A stretch of 64,000 nucleotides of DNA from a virus. Taxonomy: Duplodnaviria > Caudoviricetes. Every line of letters begins with the position of its first letter. Positions within the stretch are counted from its first letter, which is position 1. The stretch covers positions 192,001-256,000 of the IMG/VR virus record IMGVR_UViG_3300028549_001457; one strand, written 5' to 3'. The notes under the pieces are model-generated. The model saw only the letters and a program-made list of their open reading frames with translations, was not told the DNA's origin and made no database searches. Below are positions 34,966 to 44,500 of the stretch, piece by piece. A program made the translations under genes and the position numbers.

Positions 34966-36365
34966 TGACCAAGTCTTGCCTTGATCTATTAAGGGATAAT
35001 TTTGAGACCCTCCGTAAGGGTGGGACCATCCCACTTGAGGGTCTTTCACCTGAGTGTAGTGAATTTGTCTCTATGCTAAATGATCTCGCAAAACCTTGGG
35101 ATTCTGAGCGTAAAAGACTAGCTAAAGATCGTCTTTTTATTAGCAGTATCCTGGATTCAATCCCCCAGGGGGTGTTTTGGAAGGACACAGATAGTGTGTT
35201 CCTGGGGTGCAACCGCCCTTTCGCGGATATGAATAAACTATCTATGGATAAAGTTATAGGAAAAACTGACTACGAACTGGTGGATAGTAGTTTAGCGCTA
35301 CACTTCAGATCAGAGGATCTTGAGGTGTTGACAACTTTGAAAAGAGTCTACTCCTTGAGTCCACCCTCGGATAGTAAACAACGCTACACACTTACCACAA
35401 AATGTCCTTTAATAGTTAATGATGTTCCTACTGGAGTTATCGGAGTTTCAGAAGATATCACGGATAGAAAAATTGCGGAGCTTCAGCTCAGCTTAAGTGA
35501 GGTTAAGTTTAGAACGCTAACAGAATCTCTAACTGACATTGTATGGATGATGGACCAATCTTTTAATATGTCTTATGTAAACCCTGCTGTGACTAGGTAT
35601 ACCGGGTTTACCGTGGATGAGATTTTAAAGCTACCTTTAGAAAAACGATACGCCCCTGGAACGGTTAAAACTATCCAAAAACGCCTTCGCTTTTTAGATG
35701 ACCCTACGTATATAGGGGACTCAGTAGAGGCAGAGGTCTACCGTAAGGATGGGTCTACGATTTGGATGCTGACTAGATATACTGTGCTGAGGGGTGCTAA
35801 GGGGGAGGTATTTGGGTTTGTCGGCGTGTCTACAGATATCACTGCTCAGAAGAAAAAAGAGTCTATCCTCACGGATTTTGCAACTCTGGATGGGCTTACT
35901 GGTGTGATTAACCGTAGATATTTTATGGAACGGTTGAATGATGAGATGGATCGAGCTTTTAAATATAAAATACCTCTATCCGTGGCTATGCTAGACATAG
36001 ATTACTTCAAGAAAATTAATGATACATATGGGCACCCAGCCGGGGACTCAGCTCTGCTCCAATTTGTGGGTGTCATTCAGGGGTGTCTACGCCAATCAGA
36101 TTTCCTAGGTAGATTGGGAGGTGAGGAGTTTGCAGTGGTTCTTCAGGGAACTTCTGTAGATGCCACAAAGATTCTCGTGGAGAGAATTAGACAATCTGTG
36201 TCTGAAACAGTTGTTTCACATGGGGCACTTTCGTTTAACATGACTGTCTCATCCGGTATTACTGGATTAAAAATGACTGATACGGCAGAGGCTATTATGG
36301 CTCGGGTAGATCAGGCCCTTTACGATGCTAAGGGATCCGGGCGAAATTGCTACCGAGTTATTTGA
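34965..36365 (+). CDS. PAS-PAS-GGDEF diguanylate cyclase
   Basis: two PAS/PAC domains, DGLTGVINRR, LDIDYFKKINDTYGHPAGD, I-site RQSD, GGEEF; TAATG overlap with the portal stop. Confidence 0.95.
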   Translation: MTKSCLDLLRDNFETLRKGGTIPLEGLSPECSEFVSMLNDLAKPWDSERKRLAKDRLFISSILDSIPQGVFWKDTDSVFLGCNRPFADMNKLSMDKVIGKTDYELVDSSLALHFRSEDLEVLTTLKRVYSLSPPSDSKQRYTLTTKCPLIVNDVPTGVIGVSEDITDRKIAELQLSLSEVKFRTLTESLTDIVWMMDQSFNMSYVNPAVTRYTGFTVDEILKLPLEKRYAPGTVKTIQKRLRFLDDPTYIGDSVEAEVYRKDGSTIWMLTRYTVLRGAKGEVFGFVGVSTDITAQKKKESILTDFATLDGLTGVINRRYFMERLNDEMDRAFKYKIPLSVAMLDIDYFKKINDTYGHPAGDSALLQFVGVIQGCLRQSDFLGRLGGEEFAVVLQGTSVDATKILVERIRQSVSETVVSHGALSFNMTVSSGITGLKMTDTAEAIMARVDQALYDAKGSGRNCYRVI

Positions 36366-36448
36366 ATTAAGTGCAATATCCATCTAGACTCTCACGCTAA
36401 GTTAGAGGTACTATTATAGGAATTCTCTTTCTATGAAGGAGTCTTGCA

Positions 36449-37276
36449 ATGGGCATATCTGATCGTATTAGGCGTCAACTTTTTGACGGGGTAAACTTCA
36501 CTCCGCAGTCTGAAATTATTGATACACCCTCGCATCTGTATATGGATTCAGATCAGCAGCTCCGCATGGGTTTAGACAGCGGTGTTGGTGTTGTCCCCAA
36601 TGTGGTGGCACCTCAGGATTCCCAGGTTCCTCTTTATGATGCTACCCTTAAACTTTGGAAGGCAACTGCCATCTCCAAGGCTAATGTTCTTTCCGGGTCG
36701 TTTCTAGCAGATGACTGGACGGTTGATGGTGACATCGCCTCTTTTACCATCTCGCATACTCTGAGCACACAGTCTGTTGATGTGACCGTTTTTGACATAT
36801 CCTCTGGAACCCCTACAGAAACATATGTAGAAGTTCAGCCCATTAACAATGGGACGGTAAAACTCAACGTAGCTGCCTCCGCTACTTTTCCAGGCATATT
36901 CCTTCTAACCTCCATTACAGGGGTGGGTGCCGTTGGATCTTTTGGTGGGAGCACTGCAGTTCTGATTACTACTATGGGCAATGTCTTTGGAGCAACCACA
37001 ATTAATTGGGGTCCTACGCGCTTTGCTTCAGTTATTCTCACGGGTGAAACTGTGTTATCCCTATCAGACCTAGGTAGCACGGTCTGTGATAAGGTTGTCG
37101 TTAAGGTATCTCAGGATGCCACTGGGGGCCGATACTTATACTGGGGGTCTAATGTAGCGTGGCCAAATGGTTATCAACCTGAGGGTTCTTTAACAGCAAA
37201 TGCTACTGACTACTTTGAGTTCCTGTGGGACGGGTCTATATATACCTGCACCAATCTCATTCAGAATGCCAGCTAA
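36449..37276 (+). CDS. putative tail/virion structural protein
   Basis: QDATGGR...WGSNV.WP.G..P..S.TANA.D C-terminal module seen in tail-fibre-associated proteins. Confidence 0.6.
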   Translation: MGISDRIRRQLFDGVNFTPQSEIIDTPSHLYMDSDQQLRMGLDSGVGVVPNVVAPQDSQVPLYDATLKLWKATAISKANVLSGSFLADDWTVDGDIASFTISHTLSTQSVDVTVFDISSGTPTETYVEVQPINNGTVKLNVAASATFPGIFLLTSITGVGAVGSFGGSTAVLITTMGNVFGATTINWGPTRFASVILTGETVLSLSDLGSTVCDKVVVKVSQDATGGRYLYWGSNVAWPNGYQPEGSLTANATDYFEFLWDGSIYTCTNLIQNAS

Positions 37277-37293
37277 CACCCGTTATTTAGGGT

Positions 37294-37554
37294 CCTTTCT
37301 TGTGAGAACTATATATGGCTAGTCCACTCATACCTACTACGGTTGATTCCCGTGCTTACAAAGCACCCATTTCAAATCCTACCAGACAATCCAAACTAAT
37401 TATTGCTGCAACAGCAGTAGGTCTCTGGGAAGGTAAAGACCATCACATCGCCACCTGGACAGGGTCCTCCTGGAAGTTTATTAAGCCTATCCAGGGGGTC
37501 TCTACCTGGATTGTTGATGAGGGAGTTGAGGCTACTTGGGATGGATCTGCATGG
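37294..37554 (+). repeat. 261-bp direct repeat, copy 1 (copy 2 at 38433-38693)
   Basis: nearly identical upstream region plus first ~80 codons of ORFs 37315 and 38454. Confidence 0.95.
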
Positions 37555-38352
37555 GTGGTTCCTTCTGGTGGAAGCGGCGGAGGTGAATCTCGTGAAATCC
37601 TTCATGCTGATCGGATCTATTACGTCAGGACAGACGGTAATGACAGCAATACCGGCCTAGTCAATGATGCTAGTGGAGCTTTCCTCACTATCCAGAAAGC
37701 AGTCAATGTTGTTAGCTTAGACATAGACATGAATATATTCCAGGTGACCATCAAGGTCGCAGATGGAACTTACAACACGAGCGGGACCAATTTGTTATTG
37801 GGTGAATATGTCGGGAACTGGAAGCCCCCAATCATTGAGGGGAACATCACAACACCATCAAACTGTATAATATCGAATACGTCCAGCCCGTTGGTTAATT
37901 GCATGAGATCACAGTGGACTATTCGAGGGTTTAGGGTTATCGCAAATGGCTCGCTAGCTTTGTTCGCGCAACTGGGAGCATACCTTACTATTTCGGATAT
38001 CTCTTTTGGATATGCACACGATCAGCATATGTGGGCTAGAAGCTCTGTAATCCAGATCATTGGGAATTACTCTATTGATGGCCCCGCTATCCATCACATT
38101 ATCGCGGAAGACGGGGGATACGTTGGCACCATGGGGTATTCGATAGCAGTATTTATTGCATCAGCCTATACGATAAGCATCATGGCCTATGCAATAAATG
38201 GGTCTACGATTAGGCTCAAACCAGCCACGTTCACTGGGGCACAGCCTGTTGGTATCAGGTATGTCGGTGAGGCTCTATCGGTGATTATTGCGAACAACGC
38301 AATACCCGGAACCGTTGGGGGTAATGTAACTGGCGGAAGTGTGAAACTATAA
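37315..38352 (+). CDS. DUF2793-type tail fibre/receptor-binding protein with beta-helix-like C-terminus
   Basis: A.G.WEGKDHHIA.W.GSSWKFI.P..G; YYVRTDGNDSN.G...AFLTIQKAV. Confidence 0.75.
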   Translation: MASPLIPTTVDSRAYKAPISNPTRQSKLIIAATAVGLWEGKDHHIATWTGSSWKFIKPIQGVSTWIVDEGVEATWDGSAWVVPSGGSGGGESREILHADRIYYVRTDGNDSNTGLVNDASGAFLTIQKAVNVVSLDIDMNIFQVTIKVADGTYNTSGTNLLLGEYVGNWKPPIIEGNITTPSNCIISNTSSPLVNCMRSQWTIRGFRVIANGSLALFAQLGAYLTISDISFGYAHDQHMWARSSVIQIIGNYSIDGPAIHHIIAEDGGYVGTMGYSIAVFIASAYTISIMAYAINGSTIRLKPATFTGAQPVGIRYVGEALSVIIANNAIPGTVGGNVTGGSVKL

Positions 38353-38453
38353 GGTGGTTTAGTTCCTAACAGCTCAAGAGCCCAAGATCATATCATAACA
38401 ACATACCCATCTACTACACTCCTCATGGACCCCCTTTCTTGTGAGAACTATAT

Positions 38454-39155
38454 ATGGCTAGCCCCCTCATTCCTACTACGGTTGATTCCCGTGCTTACAA
38501 AGCACCCGTTTCAAATCCTACCAGACAATCCAAACTGATTATTGCTGCAACAGCAGTAGGTCTCTGGGAAGGTAAAGACCATCACATCGCCACCTGGACA
38601 GGGTCCTCCTGGAAGTTTATTAAGCCCATCCAGGGGGTCTCTACCTGGATTGTTGACGAGGGAGTTGAGGTTACTTGGGATGGATCTGCATGGAATACCC
38701 CTGTTGTTACAGCTACCTACATTGGATTAGACAATGTAAATAATACTTCTGACATGGATAAACCCGTGTCAACAGCTACGCAGATTGCTCTGACGTCATT
38801 GGCACTACGGGCACCTTTTCGCTGGTTTTATGAAACTCCTCTTAATATCCTAGATCGCCAGCCTGTGTATCGCGTGGAAACACTATCGAATTTAAAGGCA
38901 ATTCGCTGGTTTAGAAATACCCTTACTGCTGTGTCCGGAGTGGCTTCCATAGCTATTTATAAAAATAGTAGCTCAACAGCACTCTACACAGTTACGATCC
39001 CAGATAATGCCTCCGGTAAATTGTGGGTTGATGCCCTTACGGGATTAAGTTCCCCTCTTGTAGTCGGTGATTATCTTGAGGTGGTTGTGACCGCAGGCAA
39101 CGCCACCCTAGATAATCTTACTGTTCAATTAGATATTGAGCAGGCTGTCTACTAG
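38454..39155 (+). CDS. DUF2793-type short tail-fibre protein
   Basis: same N-terminus as 37315; C-terminal domain shared with ORF 45936 (W(F/Y)(Y/F)ETPL...DRQPVY). Confidence 0.75.
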   Translation: MASPLIPTTVDSRAYKAPVSNPTRQSKLIIAATAVGLWEGKDHHIATWTGSSWKFIKPIQGVSTWIVDEGVEVTWDGSAWNTPVVTATYIGLDNVNNTSDMDKPVSTATQIALTSLALRAPFRWFYETPLNILDRQPVYRVETLSNLKAIRWFRNTLTAVSGVASIAIYKNSSSTALYTVTIPDNASGKLWVDALTGLSSPLVVGDYLEVVVTAGNATLDNLTVQLDIEQAVY

Positions 39156-39163
39156 GATCTTAA

Positions 39164-40435
39164 ATGGCCTTCAAAAGTCCGCATGTGTTAGTTGAACTCG
39201 ATGGAGTCGCATATAGATACTTCCCTTTACATCTTTGTCTTGTAGATGCTGGGGAGAGTCTTGTTGAGTTTGAAAGGCCCCCAAAAACACCTAGAGATTT
39301 CCAGGAATTTGACCCTAAGGATCTAAGGTCTATTAACATATCTTTAACATCCAAGTGTAACTTTGCCTGTAAATACTGTTATGCAGCAGACGCACACGCT
39401 AATAATGAGCCGGATATGTCCCCTGAGATGGTGTCCGCCATTATATCACTTGTATCCCAAGTTAATGGGACCGTAAAGGTCTCCTTCCTACCTCAGGGGG
39501 AGTCCCTCACAACTGAGAGTTCTCTCTTTGAACTCTGTGAAAAGCTTCTCGCTACGGGGAAGGTGCATTCATTCTCATTAACCACCAATTTATCTTTAAT
39601 AACTAATAGAAATATCCATCTTATTAAGAAGTATTTCTCTAGGGTTTCCGCATCATTTGATGGAAGTGAATATATCCAGAATTTCCAGAGACCTTTCTTA
39701 GGGGGACAGGATACCTTTGACATAGTTAAACAAGCTTTGTTGCTACTCATTGAGAATAGGATTCCCTTTGGGATTCGAGGGACTATTACTGATCCAATGC
39801 TAGATTATATAACAACAATTGCTGACTTTTTAGATACCCTCCAAGAACATCCGGGTTATACGGATATGTTTAAAGAACCTATTCGAGTTGTTTTACAGCC
39901 TTATGTAGGAAGTGTGTCCGACCCGTTAACATGTCAAGATCATCTGCGTTTTTTGGGAGCGTTTGAAAGGCTTAAACAACGACAGATGGGTAAGCTATGG
40001 CATGTTTCCTATGGGGATATGGAAGAGTCTGAATATCTTCCTATTAAGTTTGTTGGGTGTGGATTAACCAACCCACATACCTCTTTAACCTTCATGAATA
40101 ACGGGCTAGTGGCAACTTGCCATAGAAAGTCAACCCCAGAGAGTTCCGCGTTAGATCCTCTTTTTGTGGGTAGGTTTGATTCAACACAGGGCAACTATGT
40201 ATTTAACTTTGACAAGCTATCCAAATTTACTTCAGTTGTTGGAGATTGCGTTTCTTGTGTAGCTAGATTTTCTTGTGCTGGAGGTTGTTTTATAACTAAT
40301 CAGGATGCAGATGCCAAGAGATTTAGATGCAACTTGGTTAGACACGATCTTTTAAGTCACCTGAGAAAATCTAAGATAGCTTTACTTCAGCGAGGCTCCA
40401 CAATACCTTTTTTAGGAGTAGAAAATGGCGATTGA
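39164..40435 (+). CDS. radical SAM enzyme with SPASM domain
   Basis: CNFACKYC (CxxxCxxC), LTTNLSL, SASFDG, SPASM C...G...C...CVSCVARFSCAGGC...C. Confidence 0.92.
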   Translation: MAFKSPHVLVELDGVAYRYFPLHLCLVDAGESLVEFERPPKTPRDFQEFDPKDLRSINISLTSKCNFACKYCYAADAHANNEPDMSPEMVSAIISLVSQVNGTVKVSFLPQGESLTTESSLFELCEKLLATGKVHSFSLTTNLSLITNRNIHLIKKYFSRVSASFDGSEYIQNFQRPFLGGQDTFDIVKQALLLLIENRIPFGIRGTITDPMLDYITTIADFLDTLQEHPGYTDMFKEPIRVVLQPYVGSVSDPLTCQDHLRFLGAFERLKQRQMGKLWHVSYGDMEESEYLPIKFVGCGLTNPHTSLTFMNNGLVATCHRKSTPESSALDPLFVGRFDSTQGNYVFNFDKLSKFTSVVGDCVSCVARFSCAGGCFITNQDADAKRFRCNLVRHDLLSHLRKSKIALLQRGSTIPFLGVENGD

Positions 40436-40889
40436 TATATTAAGACCATCTTCATGGGACACTACCGCTAGCATATCCACCCCAGCATATGCTTATGATG
40501 GCAATACCACGACAGTAGCAACTGTAACCAACAATACTACGGGGCTTTCCATAACAAGGAATCTACAAGGATTCTCTGCGGCTCAACATACGTATACTAC
40601 GCTAACGCTAAAGATAGATCTGATGCCCGATGTCTTTACAGAGCAAGCTGGGTCCAGGGTTACTGTCCAAGTAAGCACCGATGCTACGAATTATGCCACC
40701 ATATTTATAGGAGACGATAGTAATAAAATGCTTCGTCAGACAATCTCCTATGCACTCCCTGTAGGTACTAACATGGCTAATGTTCGTGTTAAATTTATTC
40801 TTCTAGCTGACGAGTCTTTTGTGTGTAATGTAAAGGATGGAGTGTTGTGTTCCTTTGGTGACTGTATTTACCCTGATGCACCTGTGTAA
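40425..40889 (+). CDS. beta-sandwich virion-protein fragment ending in a C-x7-C-x4-C tail
   Basis: overlaps the rSAM stop; paralogous to an internal domain of ORF 41578 but lacks its last strand. Confidence 0.75.
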   Translation: MAIDILRPSSWDTTASISTPAYAYDGNTTTVATVTNNTTGLSITRNLQGFSAAQHTYTTLTLKIDLMPDVFTEQAGSRVTVQVSTDATNYATIFIGDDSNKMLRQTISYALPVGTNMANVRVKFILLADESFVCNVKDGVLCSFGDCIYPDAPV

Positions 40890-40938
40890 TACCTAATAAA
40901 TTGATATGTAATGACAAATATATAAATTGAGGTGATAC

Positions 40939-41565
40939 ATGAGTTATGCTATTGCATATGTATATGATGCGTGGATAGAGGGTAACTGGACCACCCCTCC
41001 CCCTACAGTTTCTTCATGGTCTGGGTCAGCCACAATTGGATCAACTATAACCGTAACAGGCGCTAATTTTACGGGAGCAACTGCGGTTAAGATAGGTTCT
41101 AATTCGGTATCCTCATACACCGTTGTATCTGCATCTTCCATTACATTTACGCTTACCACGGCTCACCAAGGGTGGTCGGGGGTTCTTTCAGTTACAACTG
41201 CTAGTGGGACTGGATCTGGGGGTTCAACGTTAACCGTCCCAACAATCTCCGTTGGGGCTCCTACTCCTGGTGGTCAGTATACTTCTGTGGGGTATACACG
41301 ACAGTTCACAAGCGGGGGGGTTTCGGGGGCTGTTAACACCTCCGTAACATGGTCAACCAACGGCGGGTCCATTACCGGATCTGGACTCTACACCGCCCCT
41401 GGTACCTCAGGCACATACACTATTTGGAATACTTCAGTTGCGGATTCTTCCAAGAGTAATAGCTGCACTGTGTATATAGTTGCTCTCCCAACAGCTAGCC
41501 TTTCCGCCACTAGGGGAACCATCACCGCTGGTCAATCCACTACAATAACACCAATATTTACTTAA
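40939..41565 (+). CDS. IPT/Ig-like repeat protein, second piece of the split adhesin
   Basis: starts with strand AYVYDAWIEG; IPT-like (GSTITVTGANFTGATAVKIG) and Ig repeats; GAGGTG RBS. Confidence 0.8.
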   Translation: MSYAIAYVYDAWIEGNWTTPPPTVSSWSGSATIGSTITVTGANFTGATAVKIGSNSVSSYTVVSASSITFTLTTAHQGWSGVLSVTTASGTGSGGSTLTVPTISVGAPTPGGQYTSVGYTRQFTSGGVSGAVNTSVTWSTNGGSITGSGLYTAPGTSGTYTIWNTSVADSSKSNSCTVYIVALPTASLSATRGTITAGQSTTITPIFT

Positions 41566-41577
41566 AGGGGACATGGA

Positions 41578-44500
41578 ATGAGCGGTTCAATTGATCAAGG
41601 TATTGGTGTAGTAACTAGCGGTCAAGCTTATAGCACTGGGGCACTCTCCGCCTCCAGAACGTATACCCTTACATCTACTAACGCTGCAGGGCAGAGTGCA
41701 ACTTCCCAGGTAACTGTGAATGTTGTCGCGGCTACCATTATTAATAGTTTTGTGGGGGCTACAACTGTAACTGCTGGAACTAGCACCACGCTATCCTGGA
41801 ATGTTTCTAATGCTACTTCTGTAAATATCTCCCCTACAGTAGGTGGGGTGATGGCGTCTGGTAGCACCTCAGTAACTCCCTCGGCTTCTCAGACATACAC
41901 TCTTACAGCAACAAATGCAGCGGGGGATTCCACCACCTCTTCCCAAACAGTTACTGTAGTCCCAGCGCCAATCATCTCAAGTTTTACTGGCCAGAAGACA
42001 ATCACTGCTGGACTCTCGACAACTTTATCTTGGGTAGCTTCTAATGGAACTAGTTATTCTATTTCACCTACCGTTGGGTCTGTAGCTGCTTCTGGAACAA
42101 CTGGGGCACTGTCTCCAGGGGCCTCTCAGACGTATACATTAACAGTAACTAACGCTGCAGGAACTTCCGTAACGGCTACGCAAACGATCTATGTAGTAGC
42201 GGCACCTTCTATTACATCGTTCACGGCTTCTAATACAAATCCGTTATATGGTGCATCCGTTACAATTACACCAACGTTCTCAAATGGATCCGGTAGTATT
42301 ACCGGAGTGGGAGCTGTTGCAAGTGGCACCGCTTATGGGACGGGAGCTGTCACCTCTACGCTAGCGTATACTTTAACGGTGTCCAATGGGGCCACAACCC
42401 CTGCGACTACAACCGCAGGGGTCTCAATCACACCCCAGACTGTATCGGTTTCAGCGATTTCTCCCGCAGCGCCTACAAAGTCTGTAAATACCCAGACTAC
42501 ATTTAGTTCCTCTGTAAGTGGAGCGATTAATTCCACAATCAACTGGACTTGCACAGGTGGATCTATCACATCCGGGGGTATATGGACTGCACCAGCAACT
42601 CCTGGTAATTACACCATTACAGCAACATCTGCCGCTGATGGGTCTAAATTTACATCTACTGCAGTTAACTTAGTTGCCCTTCCAATTGCTACTAGTTTAG
42701 TTCCAGCCACTTCTAATCCTCTATACGGAGCTACGGTAGACATTACTGCCACCTTCTCAGATGGGTCTGCTATCGTTGATAATGGCGTGGGCGGTATCGG
42801 TTCTTCACCCAAAGCTTTTACTACTTCAGCTATTACTTCAGCTCAAACCTATACTTTGACCGTAACAAATTTGGCTGGGGCTACGGCCACTACTTCTACA
42901 ACTGTGATTCCCCAGACTGTGTCTGTTTCGGCTATTTCTCCAGCGGCTCCTACAAAGTCTATAAATACCCAGACTACATTTAGTTCCTCTGTAAGTGGAG
43001 CGCTTAATTCCACAATTAATTGGACTTGCACAGGAGGGTCCATTACCGCAGGAGGGGTTTGGACTGCTCCTGCAACTCCTGGAAATTACACCATTACAGC
43101 AACATCTGCCGCTGATGCAACAAAGGTGGCAACTACATCTGTAACGTTAGTAGCTTTACCAACCATTTCTAATTTTGTAACTGCGCTAGCAAATATCACC
43201 ACTGGGGATTCTACAACAATTACCCCCACATTTACAGGCACTTCTGCCAGGATTGGCACCACTGGGTCGGGTTCTTCGGATATTAACCCTTCCGTGTCTA
43301 GTGGAACTGGTGTTCTAGTAACACCTAACTCCAATAAAACATACACATTAACCGTGTATAACACTGCGGGGGATTTTACTACTGCTAGTGTTGGTGTAAA
43401 TGTATACGCCGTTCCCACAATTTCCCTAGTTCTAACGGAAGCTAGTGGAACTTCCAATGATGGTATTATTACAGAGGGTGCCTCGGTAACACTTACCCCC
43501 ACGTTCACGGGTGGGACCGCTACCTTAGGAACTACCGGGTCCGGTTCATCTAATACGTCTGCAAGCTGCACTAGCGGTGTGGGGGTGGTCTCTACATTAG
43601 GTTCCTCACAGACTTATACCGCCACAGTTACAAATCCAGCGGGTAGGGTTGTAACAGCTACGGCCTCTGTCATTAGTTATGCCGCTCCTAGTATCTCCAG
43701 CTTTACAGTAGCTAGTAATCCCATTGATAGAGGCGCTATAGGGACACTGTCGTATGTGTTTGCAAACGGTGTCGGGGTCATTAACAACGGGATTGGTTCG
43801 GTTGCCAGTGGCCTCACTTCGGATACTCCAGCTCTTACCGTGGGCACTACTTACACACTTACCGTCACCAACCCCGCTGGGACATCAGCCCAGGCTACTG
43901 CAACGGTTAACGTAAATGCTGTTGCAGTCTCTCTAGCATCCCCAGGAAGTCCTGGCAACCAAACAACTTCTCGCTACAGAGCAACAAGCTACGCAGTTCC
44001 CCACACGGGGGGTTCCTTATTAGGGACTCCAGGTAATCTCATAGATGCAAACCCTAGCTCATATACCACCGGGACTGCCAATCCCGCTGGACTGTATGGG
44101 ATGCAGATTTATAATTTCCCCAGCATTTCAGATATAACCTCCTTATCAATCCCTTCTATAGCTTTTGCTGGTGGGTCTGGAGCACTCTCTACCTCATGTT
44201 GGATTAGCCTAGATAATGGTGCAAGTTGGATATCGTCTCCTACCCTTGTCCCCAATGGGGCAGGGTTAACTTTGACCCCTGCTCAAGTCCAAACTCTCGG
44301 GAACTTGAGTAATCTACGCCTATCAATTCAATTTAACATATCGGCCAATGGGTTCTTTTGGGTTTCTGATTTCCCCGTGGACGTAACCTACTTAAATGCT
44401 GCTAGCATTACGAAATCAGTTGGAAGTCAGGTTCAATACTACGCTACCGTTACAGGGGCTGTAAATACTGCAGTTACTTGGACATGCTCAGGTGGCTCCA

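Noticed and set aside
40887-40941. T4 gene 60-style translational bypass across the 49-nt gap
   Set aside because: The only matching GTG landing codon resumes out of frame with ORF 40939, and that ORF has its own RBS and ATG.
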